The translations under genes were made by a program, and so were the position numbers. From assembly GCA_951406725.2 (NCBI GenBank), contig OX597815.1, positions 166,160,001-166,224,000 on the forward strand: a stretch of DNA of 64,000 nt, in the 5' to 3' direction. How positions within the stretch are numbered: position 1 is the stretch's first letter; each line of letters starts with the position of its first letter. Shown here piece by piece: positions 31,208 through 45,919 of the stretch. The DNA is from Octopus vulgaris (Eukaryota). The notes beneath the pieces were generated by a model, which worked only from the letters and a program-made list of their open reading frames with translations, made no database searches and was not told the DNA's origin.

Positions 31208-31984
31208 GAGACAGAGAGAGAGAGAAGGAGAGAGAGGGAGAGAGAGAAGGAGATGGAGAGAGAGAATGAGAGGGAGAGAGAGAGATGCAGGAAAAGAGAA
31301 AGAGAAAGAGGAAGAGAGAGAGAGTTAATATCACAGTTTCTGTGGAAGCTTCCGGTAGATATCAAAAGTTTTTGCGATTTTTAATAGCTATACAGAGAAC
31401 TTACTTTATAGACCAATAAAACATCCTGAAATATTTATACCAACACTAGTAATGCACAAGGATTGTGAGGTATTGCCTTTATGAAAGAAGAAAGCTGCAA
31501 CTACCATATTTTTTCAAATCTGGGATAATATTGTTTAGTAATGTTGTCTTTGCACAATACGTTTTCGTCCATATTTGTAACACTGTTTGTGTGGAACAGG
31601 TAAGAAGGAAAGATTATTGGTGTAGAGGTTTTTTTTTATTTATTTATTTTATTTTGCTTTCAACTTAGATAAGCATTTCTGTTGGACAACTTCCATCACT
31701 ATATAAAATGTTGCTACTAAATCCAGTCTTTTTTCAGTATTGTAAATATTCCCAATTTTTATCTTATTCACGAATAAATTATGGCTTACATTGGTGATTT
31801 GGTGTCTCTTGCTGCTGCACAATCACTAGACTTTTGTAAAAAGACATGTCAGTGGGTTTAGAGTCAATATACATCAGCTTAGAAGCAGACTGTCTTCGAA
31901 TATTTCTTTTGAAATATTTATAATACCTGAGACAGTGGTTCTGCTTTCAGCTACAAGCATAAAGATTGTTGACCAGGTATTAAA

Positions 31985-32243
31985 AAATAAATAAATGCGC
32001 CCCTTTAAAGCCTGGCCCGGCTCATGGGCCCGGTTTCCCGGTTTCTATGGCATATGTGTTCCCCAGCTGGACGGGACGCCAGTCCATCGCAGCGTTACTC
32101 ATTTTTGCCAGCTGAGTGGACTGGAACAATGTGAAATGAAGCGTTTTGCTCAAGAACAGAACGCGTCGCCCGGTCCAGGAATCGAAACCACAATCCTACG
32201 ATCAAGATGTTGACACCCTAACCACTAAACCACGTGCCTCCAC
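31985..32243 (-). mobile_element. SINE family B
   Basis: Reverse complement of 3407-3667; GTTGACCAGGTATT duplicated on both sides (TSD). Confidence 0.9.
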
Positions 32244-33090
32244 GTTGACCAGGTATTGTAAGCTTTTAAATACTAGTAACTAATGCGAGGGGTACTTTTG
32301 CCAAATACGTTGATACCAGAATCGATTTTCTTCCTTGAATAGTAACTGCTATTTCCTATTTTCTTACCCCTAAAAAGTATGAAAAATTGCTAATATTTTC
32401 TTCAAACTTTGCTTTTCTTGCATTTATTCAAACCCCAAAGAATCCTTCTACATGTCTATGATGCTCTCCTATTACTCCTGCTCATGATCAGGGATACACA
32501 TATTGTCCGCCGCTAAGGAGTATGCTCAAGTGGTTAAGGTCAAGCAACTGACAAGTAAATCTGTGGTATTGAGCAGAATATTTGTTATAACGATATTTGT
32601 GCTCCAGCAACTCAGCGCTGAATCTGTCTGAAATGTAAAGGAAAATAGGTCAGTTTCAAAACATTGATGTCCAGGTCACAAAAACAATATAGCAATCATT
32701 TCTTTAGATCTCTAGACAGAAGTAAATAGGAAATAACACTTACTGAACAAGGACAAGAAAACAAAAAAGATAAAAGTTTTTTTCCTGGTGTAATCAATCC
32801 ATACTGTCGCAAAATTTGAATGGTGACTTCTTACTTCACTCCACACAGTTTTATTGCTCAAATATGGTAAGGCACATCTTCAAACTATCTTCTTTCCATC
32901 TGTCTGTTCATCATTCACTACCTTGATAAATATCGCTATGGTTTTTGGAGAAAATGGTTGAAACAATTGGTACAAAGTTTAGGCAAACAAATAAACCTAT
33001 AATTTTCTCCTAAGTCATCTTATCGTTCATAGCTATACGAATTTTCTGTGCTAAAGCAAGCCAGTTTAATATGTCAACCTAGACGTTTTT

Positions 33091-33155
<65 letters not shown>

Positions 33156-34118
33156 ACACACACACACACACACACATACCACGTACATTATTGACTTTCT
33201 TTGAAAACGCCAACATAGTTTTCAAATATTAAGTCTCTTTCAGCTGCCTTCCCAACATGCTGCTTTCTCACACCTTCGATGAAATCTTCAAGGTATATGT
33301 GTATTTATGTATGTATGCTTGAATGTATGATTGTTTGTATATACATATACACATGTGTGTATGAATGTATGTACGGATCTTTGTACGTACGTACGTATAT
33401 ATGTATGTATGTTTGTATGTATGTATGGATTTGTGTAGGTAGGTACGTACGTATATATGTCTGTATGTATGTATGGATGCATGTATGTATGTATGTATGT
33501 ATGTATGTTTGTATTATGTATGTATGTATGTATGTATGTATGTATGTGTGTATGTATGTATGTATGTAAGGATTTGGTTAGGTAGGTAGGCAGGAAGGCG
33601 GGTAGATAGGTAGCTAGGTAGGTAAGTACGTGCGTACATACGTGCGTACGTACGTATGTATGTATGTATGTATGTATGTATGTATGTATGTATGTATGTA
33701 TGTATGTATGTGTGTGTGTATGTATGTATGTATGTGTGTGTGTATGTATGTATGTATGTTTGGATGCATGGATGTATTGATGTGCTTCATTTCTGTTCAA
33801 TGTCGGTAGCCACATCATCTTCATTTTAGTAATTATTGTGATTCGAAGCACATTTTTTTATCATCCCTTATTCAAGAGGGAAGGGTTGTGCTCATACACT
33901 TTTTATGGCTTCCGAGACTGGTAGGAGAGAGAGGGAGGAATAGAAGAAAGGTGGAAGGGGGGAATGTATTCTCTAACCAGAGATCTTCCTCGAATGTATG
34001 CAACAGAGCGGGTTCCGTTAAAAGCACCAAAGAACCCGGTGCTGGTATTAACCGGGTGACAAGCTGCATCTGCCAACCATGCTCTACCGACAAATTAAAT
34101 CCATCTCTTTTCTTCCCT

Positions 34119-34166
<48 letters not shown>

Positions 34167-34339
34167 GTCGTCGTCGTTGTCGTCGTCGTCGTCGTCGTTC
34201 ATTGTCACCACCACCATTACCACCACCACCACCACCACCACAAACCCTCCCACACTCCTCTTCGTGATCATTATCATTATCAACATCATCATCATCATCA
34301 TCATCATTATCATCATCATCATCGTCGTCGTCGTCGTCG

Positions 34340-34386
<47 letters not shown>

Positions 34387-34538
34387 GTTGTCGTCGTCGT
34401 CGTCGTCTTCATTGTCACCACCACCACAACCACAACCACAAACCCTCCCACACTCCTCTTCGTGATCGTTATCATTATCAACATCATTAACATCATCATC
34501 ATCATCATCATCATCACCATCTTCGTCGTCGTCGTCGC

Positions 34539-34630
<92 letters not shown>

Positions 34631-34800
34631 TCATCATCATCATCATCATCATCATCGTCGTCGTCGTCGTCTTCATTGTCACCACCACCACCACAACCAC
34701 AAACCCTCCCACACTCCTCTTCGTGATCGTTATCATTATCAACATCATTAACATCATCATCATCACCATCTTCGTCGTCGTCGTCGCCATCATCATCATA
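34119..34800. repeat. Composite (CAT)n/(CGT)n/(CAC)n tandem repeat, 3 units
   Basis: CACAAACCCTCCCACACTCCTCTTCGTGATC recurs at ~34239, 34438, 34698. Confidence 0.9.
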
Positions 34801-35258
34801 GTTGTGATTGTATCTACCACTCTTTCATCACTCTAACACTCACTACTCACACTCACACGCACTCACACACAGAGAGGCATTTATACACTCTCACACACAA
34901 CATATTTGTTTCACTTCCAACACAGGAACATGATGACAACCTCCACCACAATGCCAACACAATCATCACTTCCATTATAACCATTATCGTCATCATCAAC
35001 ACTCGTCGCCACCACTACTACTATCATTACCACCATCAATGCCACCATCACCACCATATTACCACCAACATCACGTTCACCACCACCACCATCACCACCA
35101 CAACCACCTCTCCACCATACCACCCCAGAGCAACCTTCTCTAAATTCTTCACTCTTTATCTCACTACACGAATCTATCTTCATATTTAGACATATACTAC
35201 AGTGTGTACAATGCCAAAAATGGTCATCCACTCTCTGACGCTACCACTTATCAATCCA

Positions 35259-35650
35259 CTAGCAGTATCACTCGGCGTTGCTCGGGTTTGTTTCGACCCT
35301 TTAGAATTGGAATTTTTGAAAAGTAAAAATTCTGCATTATGTAGCTTGTTATTCTCTTTAAGTGAACATTTTTTTGATTGAAATACACCGAAAAATGGAC
35401 GACACAGCAGTCAAAAATCGTGAAAAATATGGATTTTCATAGAAAAAATGCACCTTTTTGATGTAAATAATTTTTGGTGTTAACATAGTCCGATTTGAAT
35501 TTTATCTTCTACGAAAGGAAGAGCAAGCCTTCTTCTATCATATTCTCAATTTTGGTCAACTTGCGCCGCAGGGTCTCGGAGGAGATAGTGTTAGTTGAAG
35601 GCTACCAAACCTGCCATACACAGACAACTTCAGCTTTATATATATAGAGA
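35259..35650 (-). mobile_element. Non-autonomous Helitron (same subfamily as 9275-9632)
   Basis: TC...CTAG termini on the minus strand, A|T target, shared internal sequence. Confidence 0.85.
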
Positions 35651-36665
35651 TTAATTTATGGTCTAACACTACGATGCACAATCGCGAATCGAAAAGTTTT
35701 AGTTGCAATGTGGTGTAAGACTGTTCCTTGATTTGAGCTGTTATTGGGTATCACTTTCAACATTTCGAAAGGGATGAACACATTCGTTAACAATCATATT
35801 CTCCAACACCCTCTGAAGTCCATTTCGCTCTTCGGTGACCAGCAATAAAAAAACTTCCATAGCTTCACAACGAATGGTAACCTGCTCTCCTAAGTCATCC
35901 CTCAATGGGTCTTCGTCCTTGCAGGGTTCAGTGAAAGTAATGTCTTCGCAATCAACAAATGTCGCTAGTCAAGCTTTTGATCATACTCGCATGAGAACAT
36001 GTTAGCTGAATTTCTCACCGAGGAAATTTCAATCTTCCCTTACTCACCGAATAAGCAGCACCCTTTCAGAATGCACCATTGTAGTGTGTGCTAAACTAGA
36101 ACTTTGGTCCACACTCTGCCAATGCTGGTACACCGACAGATGTTTCCCTTATGATGTGTATACACTATTCGTCCTCTACATTAAGGATGTGCTTCTTTCA
36201 TTTCTAACAACGTCCCTTTCAATGTAGTTGATACCAATTTTCCCATCTCTTTAATCCTTCTGCAAGCAAACATCATGCACATGTTACTTAGACATCTCAA
36301 GTCAAACCCGTGCTCTCTTTATAAAGAGACGCCTCGGAAACATCTTTAACGAGGATATGAGCAAAACTTTGCTTGATGATCGCACAGGCGATACATACAT
36401 ACATACATACATACATACATACATACATACATACATACATGCAGGCATGTATATATGCATTTATGTGTGACCATGTAGATAAACTGAATTTAGATTTATT
36501 TAAATCCTTACCGATATTAAGAAATACCACAAGTTTCAAAACCTTTCCACTTTAATTAGAATGGATAATCTATCCGCACTAATACAGTAATAGATACCAA
36601 CTAAACACGAAACTAGTGGTAAGATGAAACTTAATTTTCAAATAACATTTAGCTAATACAACAAC

Positions 36666-36706
<41 letters not shown>

Positions 36707-37422
36707 GTCTTTCTCTTTCTCTCTTTCTCTCTGGATTAAGGTTAAAACCTATTGCGTTAAAAAAATGCAATAAATGTGGACTTAGGAAAAATTTAATCTG
36801 TCTGATTTTGATTTATTTATTGTACTTCTTTCGCATAACTTAGCTTCGTTTGAATACCTAACCTACAACACCGAAAGGAAATAATTCCTATTTGGGCCCT
36901 ATGTCATTTGCGTAGCAAACATTCAGCCAACGATGGAGCTTCAAAATAGTTACTAAACTTGTTAAAAATTTCACTCGTATAACACGTTCTAAATGGTTTA
37001 AAATTTTGGCTCGAGGTCAGGAATTTCAGGGGAGGGGAATAGTTGGATTGTATCGACTCCAGTACATAATCAGTACTTAATTTTATCGACTCCGAATGAT
37101 AGAGTCGACCTCGACGGAATTTGAACTCAGAACATAAAGACAGGCGTAATGCAATGTTTTCTTCGTTCGCTTATAAAGTTATTATCTGAGCACAATATCA
37201 TTATTCGTCTTACGTTATAACAATTACCAGTTATGTACTGGAATCGACTTGTCTCCTACCCTGAAAATGGCTGGCATTGTGCCAAAATAAAAATAAAAAT
37301 TAAGCTGGTTTGGAACATAAATTAGCATGAAATCTTTTAAATATTTTAAAAATTTTCATCACATTTCAAACAAGAAGTTTTTAACCATAGAATTAGGGGT
37401 TTCTCAGGCGGGTTAGTTTTAA

Positions 37423-37731
37423 CCCCTTACCCGACAGAAACGAATATATACGTTTTGACCGAAATCGTTTTTTTCTATCTCTGGCGAGTTAACTCGTCAA
37501 AAGATAGATTCGCCAAAATCGACAGCAAACGAGTTCCTTCGTCTAAAAACGGGTTAACTCGTTTCTGCCCAAAGCAGTAAATTTAAAATCAATATTATTG
37601 AATTAAAATTCATAATAAATAAGGTTTGAAATATACCTCGAAATCACCATTCAAAACATAGTAAAATAAAACAATTAAAAAATATGTCTGAAAAAATACA
37701 TTTATTTTCAAAATAATTGTTGGGTAAGGGG
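37423..37731. mobile_element. piggyBac-type MITE
   Basis: TTAA|CCCCTTACCCGACA ... TGTTGGGTAAGGGG|TTAA. Confidence 0.85.
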
Positions 37732-38525
37732 TTAAAAGGTATAAAAAGAACAACGCGTATAACGTAGTGTAGGATAAGCAATGCTTGAGAAGATGTAAGG
37801 TGTTCATAGATGGAATAACTTTTATCACTGGCTTGCTCGATTAGGTATTGAATTGGGGCTCAACAGCTTAATGAAGCATAATGGGACGGTATCTAAAAAA
37901 TAGCTCTGTTACTTTGTATCGCTGAATTAATTATTGACCAAGATTAGATGAATTAATTTTCCAGAACAGAGAATAAGTTTTTTTTTTTTTTTGTTTCTTT
38001 TTTTCTTGACTTAAGTGTAATGAACACAATGAAATATTTATCTCATATCACGCAGTTTGGGATCAATACAAAAACATTGACCGAACTTGAAGGACTTACT
38101 AACGAAATTAGGGCAACTGGTCAGCGATCAGAACTAGAGCTTTGACTCACTGCTACAACTGAGCGAATCAATCCTGTGATTTAGGATAAGATCGGTATCT
38201 CATTGCAGAGAAATGTATCATGGGAATAACAGTGTATCATTGAGACAAAGAACACGTTAGCTTTACTGAGGTATATATAATCCTATAAACACCGAATCGT
38301 CAAAGAAATACCGAAGTCTTTGTCGCCAAGCAGTAAACTAAGATTAATTATATATGACGGAGCCTTCATTGTCAAGCTATTCGTGACAGTTACACCCACA
38401 TGCACAAATCATGTAAATTCCTTTGTTTTTATTTTGATAAGATGTAAGTGGAATTTATAGCTTTCATACATTTCCCAAAGCTGGGTTATAAAATCAATAT
38501 CGAGTTCATACACACATGCATAATG

Positions 38526-38635
<110 letters not shown>

Positions 38636-38660
38636 AATAATAATAATAATAATAATAATA

Positions 38661-38767
38661 GCATGTGCCTGGTGTACCCTTATCAGACGGGTAGTCATGA
38701 TGGGTATATTGGGCTTCGTATATTTTACCCCAGTGTCACTTTGATGGCATGAACTGCTCTCTCACTC
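38661..38767 (+). mobile_element. Short insert within (AAT)n, probably the 3' end of a microsatellite-targeting LINE
   Basis: Unique 107 bp flanked on both sides by (AAT)n; no ORF. Confidence 0.4.
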
Positions 38768-38805
<38 letters not shown>

Positions 38806-39750
38806 GCTGATGTAGACCAGAAGCACACCTATCAGTGACTACGGAGCTCAGGGCTAAAGGCAGAGAGTAAAGGCTCTACCTTGTCTGCTTAAGATCAGAG
38901 CTTATTGACCTGGAACTATCAAGACAATGTGATGAAAAATGATGTAGACCTGAAGTGCCGATACCGCAGCGATGGGATTGAAACAGCGAATCACCTTATC
39001 CCTGGGTGTAAGGTTTTAGCACCCGTTGAGTACAAATCAAGACAATACAGAGTTGGCCAATATCTGCATTGGATAATGTGTCGACATTATAAAACCAAAA
39101 CTGCTGACAAATGGTACAAGCACCACCCTGAGGTTGTGACTGAGGGAGAAAATGTATCTATTCCTTGGGATTTCCCAGTATGTACAGACCGGACCATCAA
39201 AGCAAATAAGCAAGATATTGTTTTAAAAGACCAATAAAATCTGTTTATTGATTGACATGATCATACCCTGTGACCATATCTCGGCTTAAGAATTTGATAA
39301 GTTCAGAAAATATAAACATTTGCTAATCGAAATCGAAAAGATGTGGTATCTCAAAACAATTACAATACCAATGATTGTAGGAGCACTTGGAATGATATAA
39401 AAAAAGAACTGAAAATTATTTAAGAATGATCCCTGGCTTACCATCCATGCAGGAAGTGCAAATGATTGTTTTAACTGGTACATCACACGGAATGAGAAGA
39501 ACATTGTCGCTGCGTATTTTCTTTCCTTTTCCTTTACTTTATTTTCTTAGTTTACTTTTTTATTTTTTTATTTTTTCCTTTTCTCTCTGTCTTTCTTCTT
39601 CATTTTCTCTATCACATGACTTTGCAAATGAACAATGTAGTGTGTTTATTTTAATGGCTTACCAATGTATACAGTTCGTTTCTCTGCCCTAGGTGTCAAG
39701 AAGACACTCAGCAAGAAATAGAGACAGAATTGAAAGATGATAAAGAAAAT
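38806..39750 (+). mobile_element. 5'-truncated R4/Dong-clade non-LTR retrotransposon (CCHC plus restriction-like endonuclease remnant, 3' UTR)
   Basis: CRYRSDGIETANHLIPGC zinc knuckle; WDFPVCTDRTIKANKQDIV..IDMIIP..KFRKYKHL..PMIVGALG endonuclease motifs with stops and frameshifts; flanked by (AAT)n and (AAC/AAT)n. Confidence 0.9.
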
Positions 39751-40635
39751 AACAACAACAACAATAACAACAATAACAACAACAACAATAATAATAATAA
39801 TAATAATTTAATATAGACAGCAGTGTGCAATGCTTTGCCAAAAAGAAAACTAGAAGTAAGAGCTAAAAAAGTTCTAATGCTGTAATTAAATCGCATAATT
39901 GTATGCATATGTACTGACAGAGACTGTAATCGCCCGAAAGCGCCGGTCGAGAATTCCCTGTATTGATCGGTTGCTTTCAATATAAATGTATGTATGTATG
40001 TATGTATGAATCGAAACCGCGATCCTACGACCGCGAATCTGCTGCCCTAGCCACTGGGTCATTGCGCCTCCACACACACACACACACACACACATATATG
40101 AATTTGTGCGTCTGTGTTTGTTCCTCAATCATCGCTTGACAACCGATGCTGGTGTGTTTACGTCCCCGTAACTTAGCAGTTCGGCAAAAGGGAAAGATAG
40201 AATAAGTACCAGGCTTACAAAGAATAACTCCTGAGTTCGATTTGTTCGACTAAAGACGGTGCTCCAGCATGGCCGCAGTCAAATGACTAAAAACAAGTAA
40301 AAAAATAAATAAACAATCACTACGATATATAATAAAAGAACTGGCGGTCAGACAATACATCGCTAATAAAACAGGTTTGCCTTTTTTTTTTTGTCTATTC
40401 TGGTGAACCCCAGAATTTTGCATTTTGTTGGTGTCCTTTTGCTGGCAATGTGGGGAGGATGGTTGTGTGTGACTACCATGCGTTTTATATTTTTCTTCAA
40501 AGGAATGAAAAGTAAAAGTGAAGCGAATTGACTTCAAATCGGGAATCAATAACTAAGTAATGGAGTCAGTTGCCGAAAGCTTTCTACTTCTTTAGTATAT
40601 AATACTCGCCACCTGGAACAATAATTTATATAATA

Positions 40636-41144
40636 CTAGCAGTATCGCCCGGCGTTGCTCGGGCTTGTAAGGGAAATAACTATATAAGCATTTTTAGAGA
40701 GTTACTTCCCTTATAGATGCCAATTCGGGCTTTCTTAGCCATTTCTGTTTTGGTGTCTTGAAGCCATGAAGTCGTTGTTCTAAAAGAACGCTGGTCTCCT
40801 TGACAACGCTTTACGACGTTGATTTCTTTACGCTCCCTTCCACACAGCTTCACGAGGGAGGGAAGAAGGGGGAGAAGCAAACAGGTGCAGGTGTGACAAT
40901 GGACGCCAACTCCGCCGCCATTGACACACGAAAAATTATGCATTAAAATGGAATAAAAAATGATGTTAAATTATTTTTAAAATCGTAGACTCATCGTAGA
41001 CGCGCGCTAATACCCAGACGGGCTTGATATGAATCACGACTATAAGATACCCGAATTTGGTTAAACTGCACCGCAAAATTTGGGAGTAGTTAGGAATCTA
41101 AATCGTAGGAGACAGACACACAACTTCACTTTTATATATAAAGA
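40636..41144 (-). mobile_element. Non-autonomous Helitron, second subfamily
   Basis: TC start, same 3' hairpin and CTAG as 9275-9632, different interior shared with 47770-48147. Confidence 0.85.
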
Positions 41145-42086
41145 TATATGGATGGGTAATTAAATAAAACTGATATCATTGACATGCTATTGTTGTTGCT
41201 GTTGTTGTTGCTGTTGCTGTATTTGTTGTTTTTGCTGTTTAGCTTCATGTCAGCTATGCGCCTGCAAACTTTTGATCGGATGCATTCCAGCCTTACACTT
41301 TGTCCTTTATTCGGGAAGTGACACACGCTATGTTTTCGTCCTCTTTAAGCTGACGACAGGGAGCAATTTTTTGAGGAAGATTTGGTTGCTGCTGTTACTA
41401 ACAGATGGTACGACCACGTAGAAGCACTCTTTTTTTTTCATGTGTTGCTTGTAGTGTTGGCGAAAGAGTCAGCAGAAGTTGGCCATTACCTTATGTCGGA
41501 GCCGCGTGGGAGCTTAGGTGTTACGCTCATAAATACACACACACATCACTCGGTCTGAGATTCGAACTCGCGATCGCGATCTCTCGATCGCGAGTCCGCT
41601 GCTCTCACCACTAGGCCATGTGCCTCCACGAGTGTTGGTGGTTAGTGGCCATAGAGTTAGCAACGTTGTTGCTGCTACAGCTGTCGTTGTTGTTGATGTT
41701 TAAGAAGGTTTTAAATAACCGGAAGTATAAGCAGGTGTGACATGGACAGTGAATAAATTGCTTGAGGGTGAATTGAAGAAACGGAATACTCTATGCGTGT
41801 TTTATATATATATGGAAATATTACAGGTTGATAAGAAGGATGGAGAAGGGAGGCCCCCAGAACATATAACGTGGGTAGGCCACATGTTTACACAGGTGCA
41901 TTAACTATGTTACCGTGCACACTTACAGATCAATCTACAGATAAAATTTGCTGCATATTTCAAGCTATCAGAATACATATACACACACTTTGCACACGTG
42001 GCTATGCGTTAGTTTCCCTTCTATTCGGAAAGGAAATTCTTAATCTTACATCTTCCTTTCCATCCATATCTCTTTTCCGTTTTATA

Positions 42087-42168
<82 letters not shown>

Positions 42169-42311
42169 AATATACCCTATATATATATATGTGTGTATAT
42201 ACATACACATACAGTCTGTATGCATACATACACACACATATATGCATATGTATATACATATACACACAGATAGACAAATGTATATGTATGTAAGTATGTA
42301 TAACTCGATGC

Positions 42312-42374
<63 letters not shown>

Positions 42375-42377
<3 letters not shown>

Positions 42378-42693
42378 TAATACTAAGTAATTAAGGGTTT
42401 AGCAACGAATTGCCTCACCAACACACCGAATTTAGAAATAGCAGTCAAAGAGATATAGCTATTCCTTCTACTAAAAGGGGGATCTCAGTAAAAACACAGC
42501 ACTTAAAAGGCAGCTATATCTCTTTGACTGCTATTTCTAAATTCGGTGTGTTGGTGAGGCAATTCGTTGCTAAACCCTTAATTACTTAGTATTACTTAAA
42601 TTTTCCTCGAATGGGGCTTTTACATACCGAAATCTACTTGGTGTAATTGATAATTATCCCTAATTAATTAATTTCACCCTTTTATTATTACTG
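42375..42693. mobile_element. (TA)n-flanked element with an ~85-bp perfect inverted repeat, related to the 637-bp unit
   Basis: Arms ~42375-42460 and 42512-42598; shares TAGAAATAGCAGTCAA and TTTACATACCGAA.TCTAC motifs with 26814-28622. Confidence 0.7.
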
Positions 42694-42752
<59 letters not shown>

Positions 42753-42904
42753 TGTATGTATACATATATTCTTTTACTATTTTACTTATTTTAATCATTT
42801 GGCTGCGGCTTGGTGCACCGCTTTGAAGGGTTTTAGTCCAACTAGTCGTCACCACGACTTATTTATCTTTAAGCCCAGTACTTTTTCTATCGATGTCTTT
42901 TGCC

Positions 42905-43386
<482 letters not shown>

Positions 43387-44952
43387 GTCTATTATTTTAA
43401 TAGGGGAGGGGGGTATCCATTTTTCCATACATGATCAGCTATACCCGATTTATTAATATCTCCTCGTGTCACAACTTTACGATGTTGGTCTACCCTTATT
43501 TTGAGGGGCAGCATGTTTCGCCTTTGTATAACCTACCACAGCTGCATGGGATGGAGCAAACGCAGCTTTTGGTCATACAAAGGCGAAACATGCCGCCCCC
43601 GAAACTTTGTGTTAACAACAAATAAGATCAGGACAAATATCCGTCAACTGTTCACTCGTTCCACAATTCTAGCAAAACTGCTGTCCTCATTGCATCAGTT
43701 TGATATATGTATAAGTGTTGAATTTTTTAAACTTCCGTATGGTCGTTTAGTATTTTAGTATACCAACATTTGAAACATGTTTAAGGGTTGAGTTTTCAAA
43801 ACTTCCGTGTGGCCATTGAATATCAAAATTCTGATTTCCTTTGAATAAATAAATACAATATCAAGTTTTGTAGGGAAAGAAAGAGAAGTAAGCATAGTCG
43901 ACCGTATCGACCTGATTATGTTACTGGTACTTCCTTTAATGAGGTCGGAGGTTTCAATGGCGAAGTCAACTCGCTGTGGAATTCCACTTACAATGTGGAG
44001 GTATGAAATTATATCCTGAATATCAGTTAGTCCTACAATGTTGTAACAGTTATGACAAAAAACCACGCTACACTTTGCCTCTCTCTCTCCCTCCCTCCCT
44101 CTATCTATCTGTCTGTCTGCCTCTCTTTCTCTCTCTCTCTCCCTCTCTCTCATTCTACTAACTTCTATAATAATAAATTTTTATGAGAGGTTTGATGTTT
44201 CTTGAAACAATTTGTTCCTTCATGGTTTTAGCTATATAATGTAGGTTGACATTTTAAGGCGATAAGCTGGCAGAATCGTTATCACGCTGGGCAAAGAGCA
44301 CAGCGCCATTTTGTCTGTCTTTGCGTTCTGAGTCGAAATGCGGCCTTGATCGATTTTACCTTTCATCCTTTCGGAGGTCATTAAAATAAGTACCAGTTGA
44401 GCACTGGGGCCGATGTAATCAACTTGCCCACCACCCCCAAATTGCTGGACTGGTACTGAAATTTGAAACCAATATAAGTCGACTTTGAATTACACAGACG
44501 TTTTGATAATCGAGATCACGCATAGTACCTGTATTAAATAAAAGCACCACAACCAACAACACAAAATAAATGGACAGAGAAAATAACAGAAGAAACTGTT
44601 TTATGTTTTAATGTAACATTATACCATTCTTATATACAGTTTTTGGGATTTGCAAATAACGTTTTTGATACGGTTTGGGTTAGGGTTCTATGAGAGATAA
44701 CCGCATTAATTTTATCTGTAGCAGCGAAGATCATTAACAATGAAGTCTAGTCACATAGTTTTGAGCTGATATTTCCTTTCGTTAAACGGTTCAGATCAGC
44801 AGGATTACCGCAAGCTATGGGCCAAGCCCATCCGCTTGGGAATTACCATAAAAATAAACAGTCAAATAACCTAATTTTATAGGTATGTTTTCAAATATGT
44901 AAATATATATGTTTATAGACACATTGTGTATAATTTCAGCCTGATTGTATGT

Positions 44953-45024
<72 letters not shown>

Positions 45025-45078
45025 TGCATGTGATTGTTAAGACTATATTTATCTATGTAATCAGTCAGATACAAACAC

Positions 45079-45109
<31 letters not shown>

Positions 45110-45229
45110 GTTATAGACGTACACACATACGTAAACATGTGTGTGTGTGCATAAGTATGATAATGTATTTAAGTATCTTTAAGTGTATATTTGTGTGAAT
45201 GAATATATGCATGTGTGCGTGTGTGTATG

Positions 45230-45292
<63 letters not shown>

Positions 45293-45410
45293 TGATATAT
45301 ATATATATATATATATATGTGTATGTATAGAATTTAATATAAAATATAAATTACAAAGTGGGACAAGAACGCAAAAACACACAAGGAGACGACACAAAAA
45401 ACCGACGGGT

Positions 45411-45552
45411 CACTCGAAGCCTCTAATCTTCAGTCGGGAACCGGATCATCTTAGTGATTTCGGCTGTTTAATCTCGATATCACTCCGATCCGGCCAGCCC
45501 CAAGGAAAATCCAAGCCACAGGCATTGGATTTCTTGGAAAGAGGATCGAATG
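45411..45552 (-). ncRNA. Candidate non-circularly permuted hammerhead ribozyme, copy 2 (within element ~45350-45690)
   Basis: GGCTG..AGTGA-TA-TCGAGA..CAGCC-GAAA-TCACT..TCCCGA-CTGAAGA. Confidence 0.7.
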
Positions 45553-45702
45553 TATACGGAACAAAGACAGGATGCCACACGAATGTAAATACAAGAAACA
45601 AAATTATATATAAAACAGAAATAAAAAACACGAAGGTGGACAGTACAAAGGACAGGAGCGTCTTACGACTTTAGACAATTTGAAACTTATTTATATACAC
45701 AC

Positions 45703-45766
<64 letters not shown>

Positions 45767-45859
45767 CGGAATCCTGGAATATTCATATACACACACATTA
45801 TTCTTAAACAATATTATTGACAGAGGCTTCGAGGTTCAGGTCTGTTAAGCCATCTTCAG

Positions 45860-45919
<60 letters not shown>

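Noticed and set aside
33961-34100. Telomerase RNA, miRNA or twister ribozyme
   Set aside because: No CTAACCC template, no seed match I recognise, and the twister core motif is incomplete.
35700-36370. Very decayed RTE-like RT relic (LLLVTEERNGLQRVLE on the minus strand)
   Set aside because: YADD motif absent; too weak to call.
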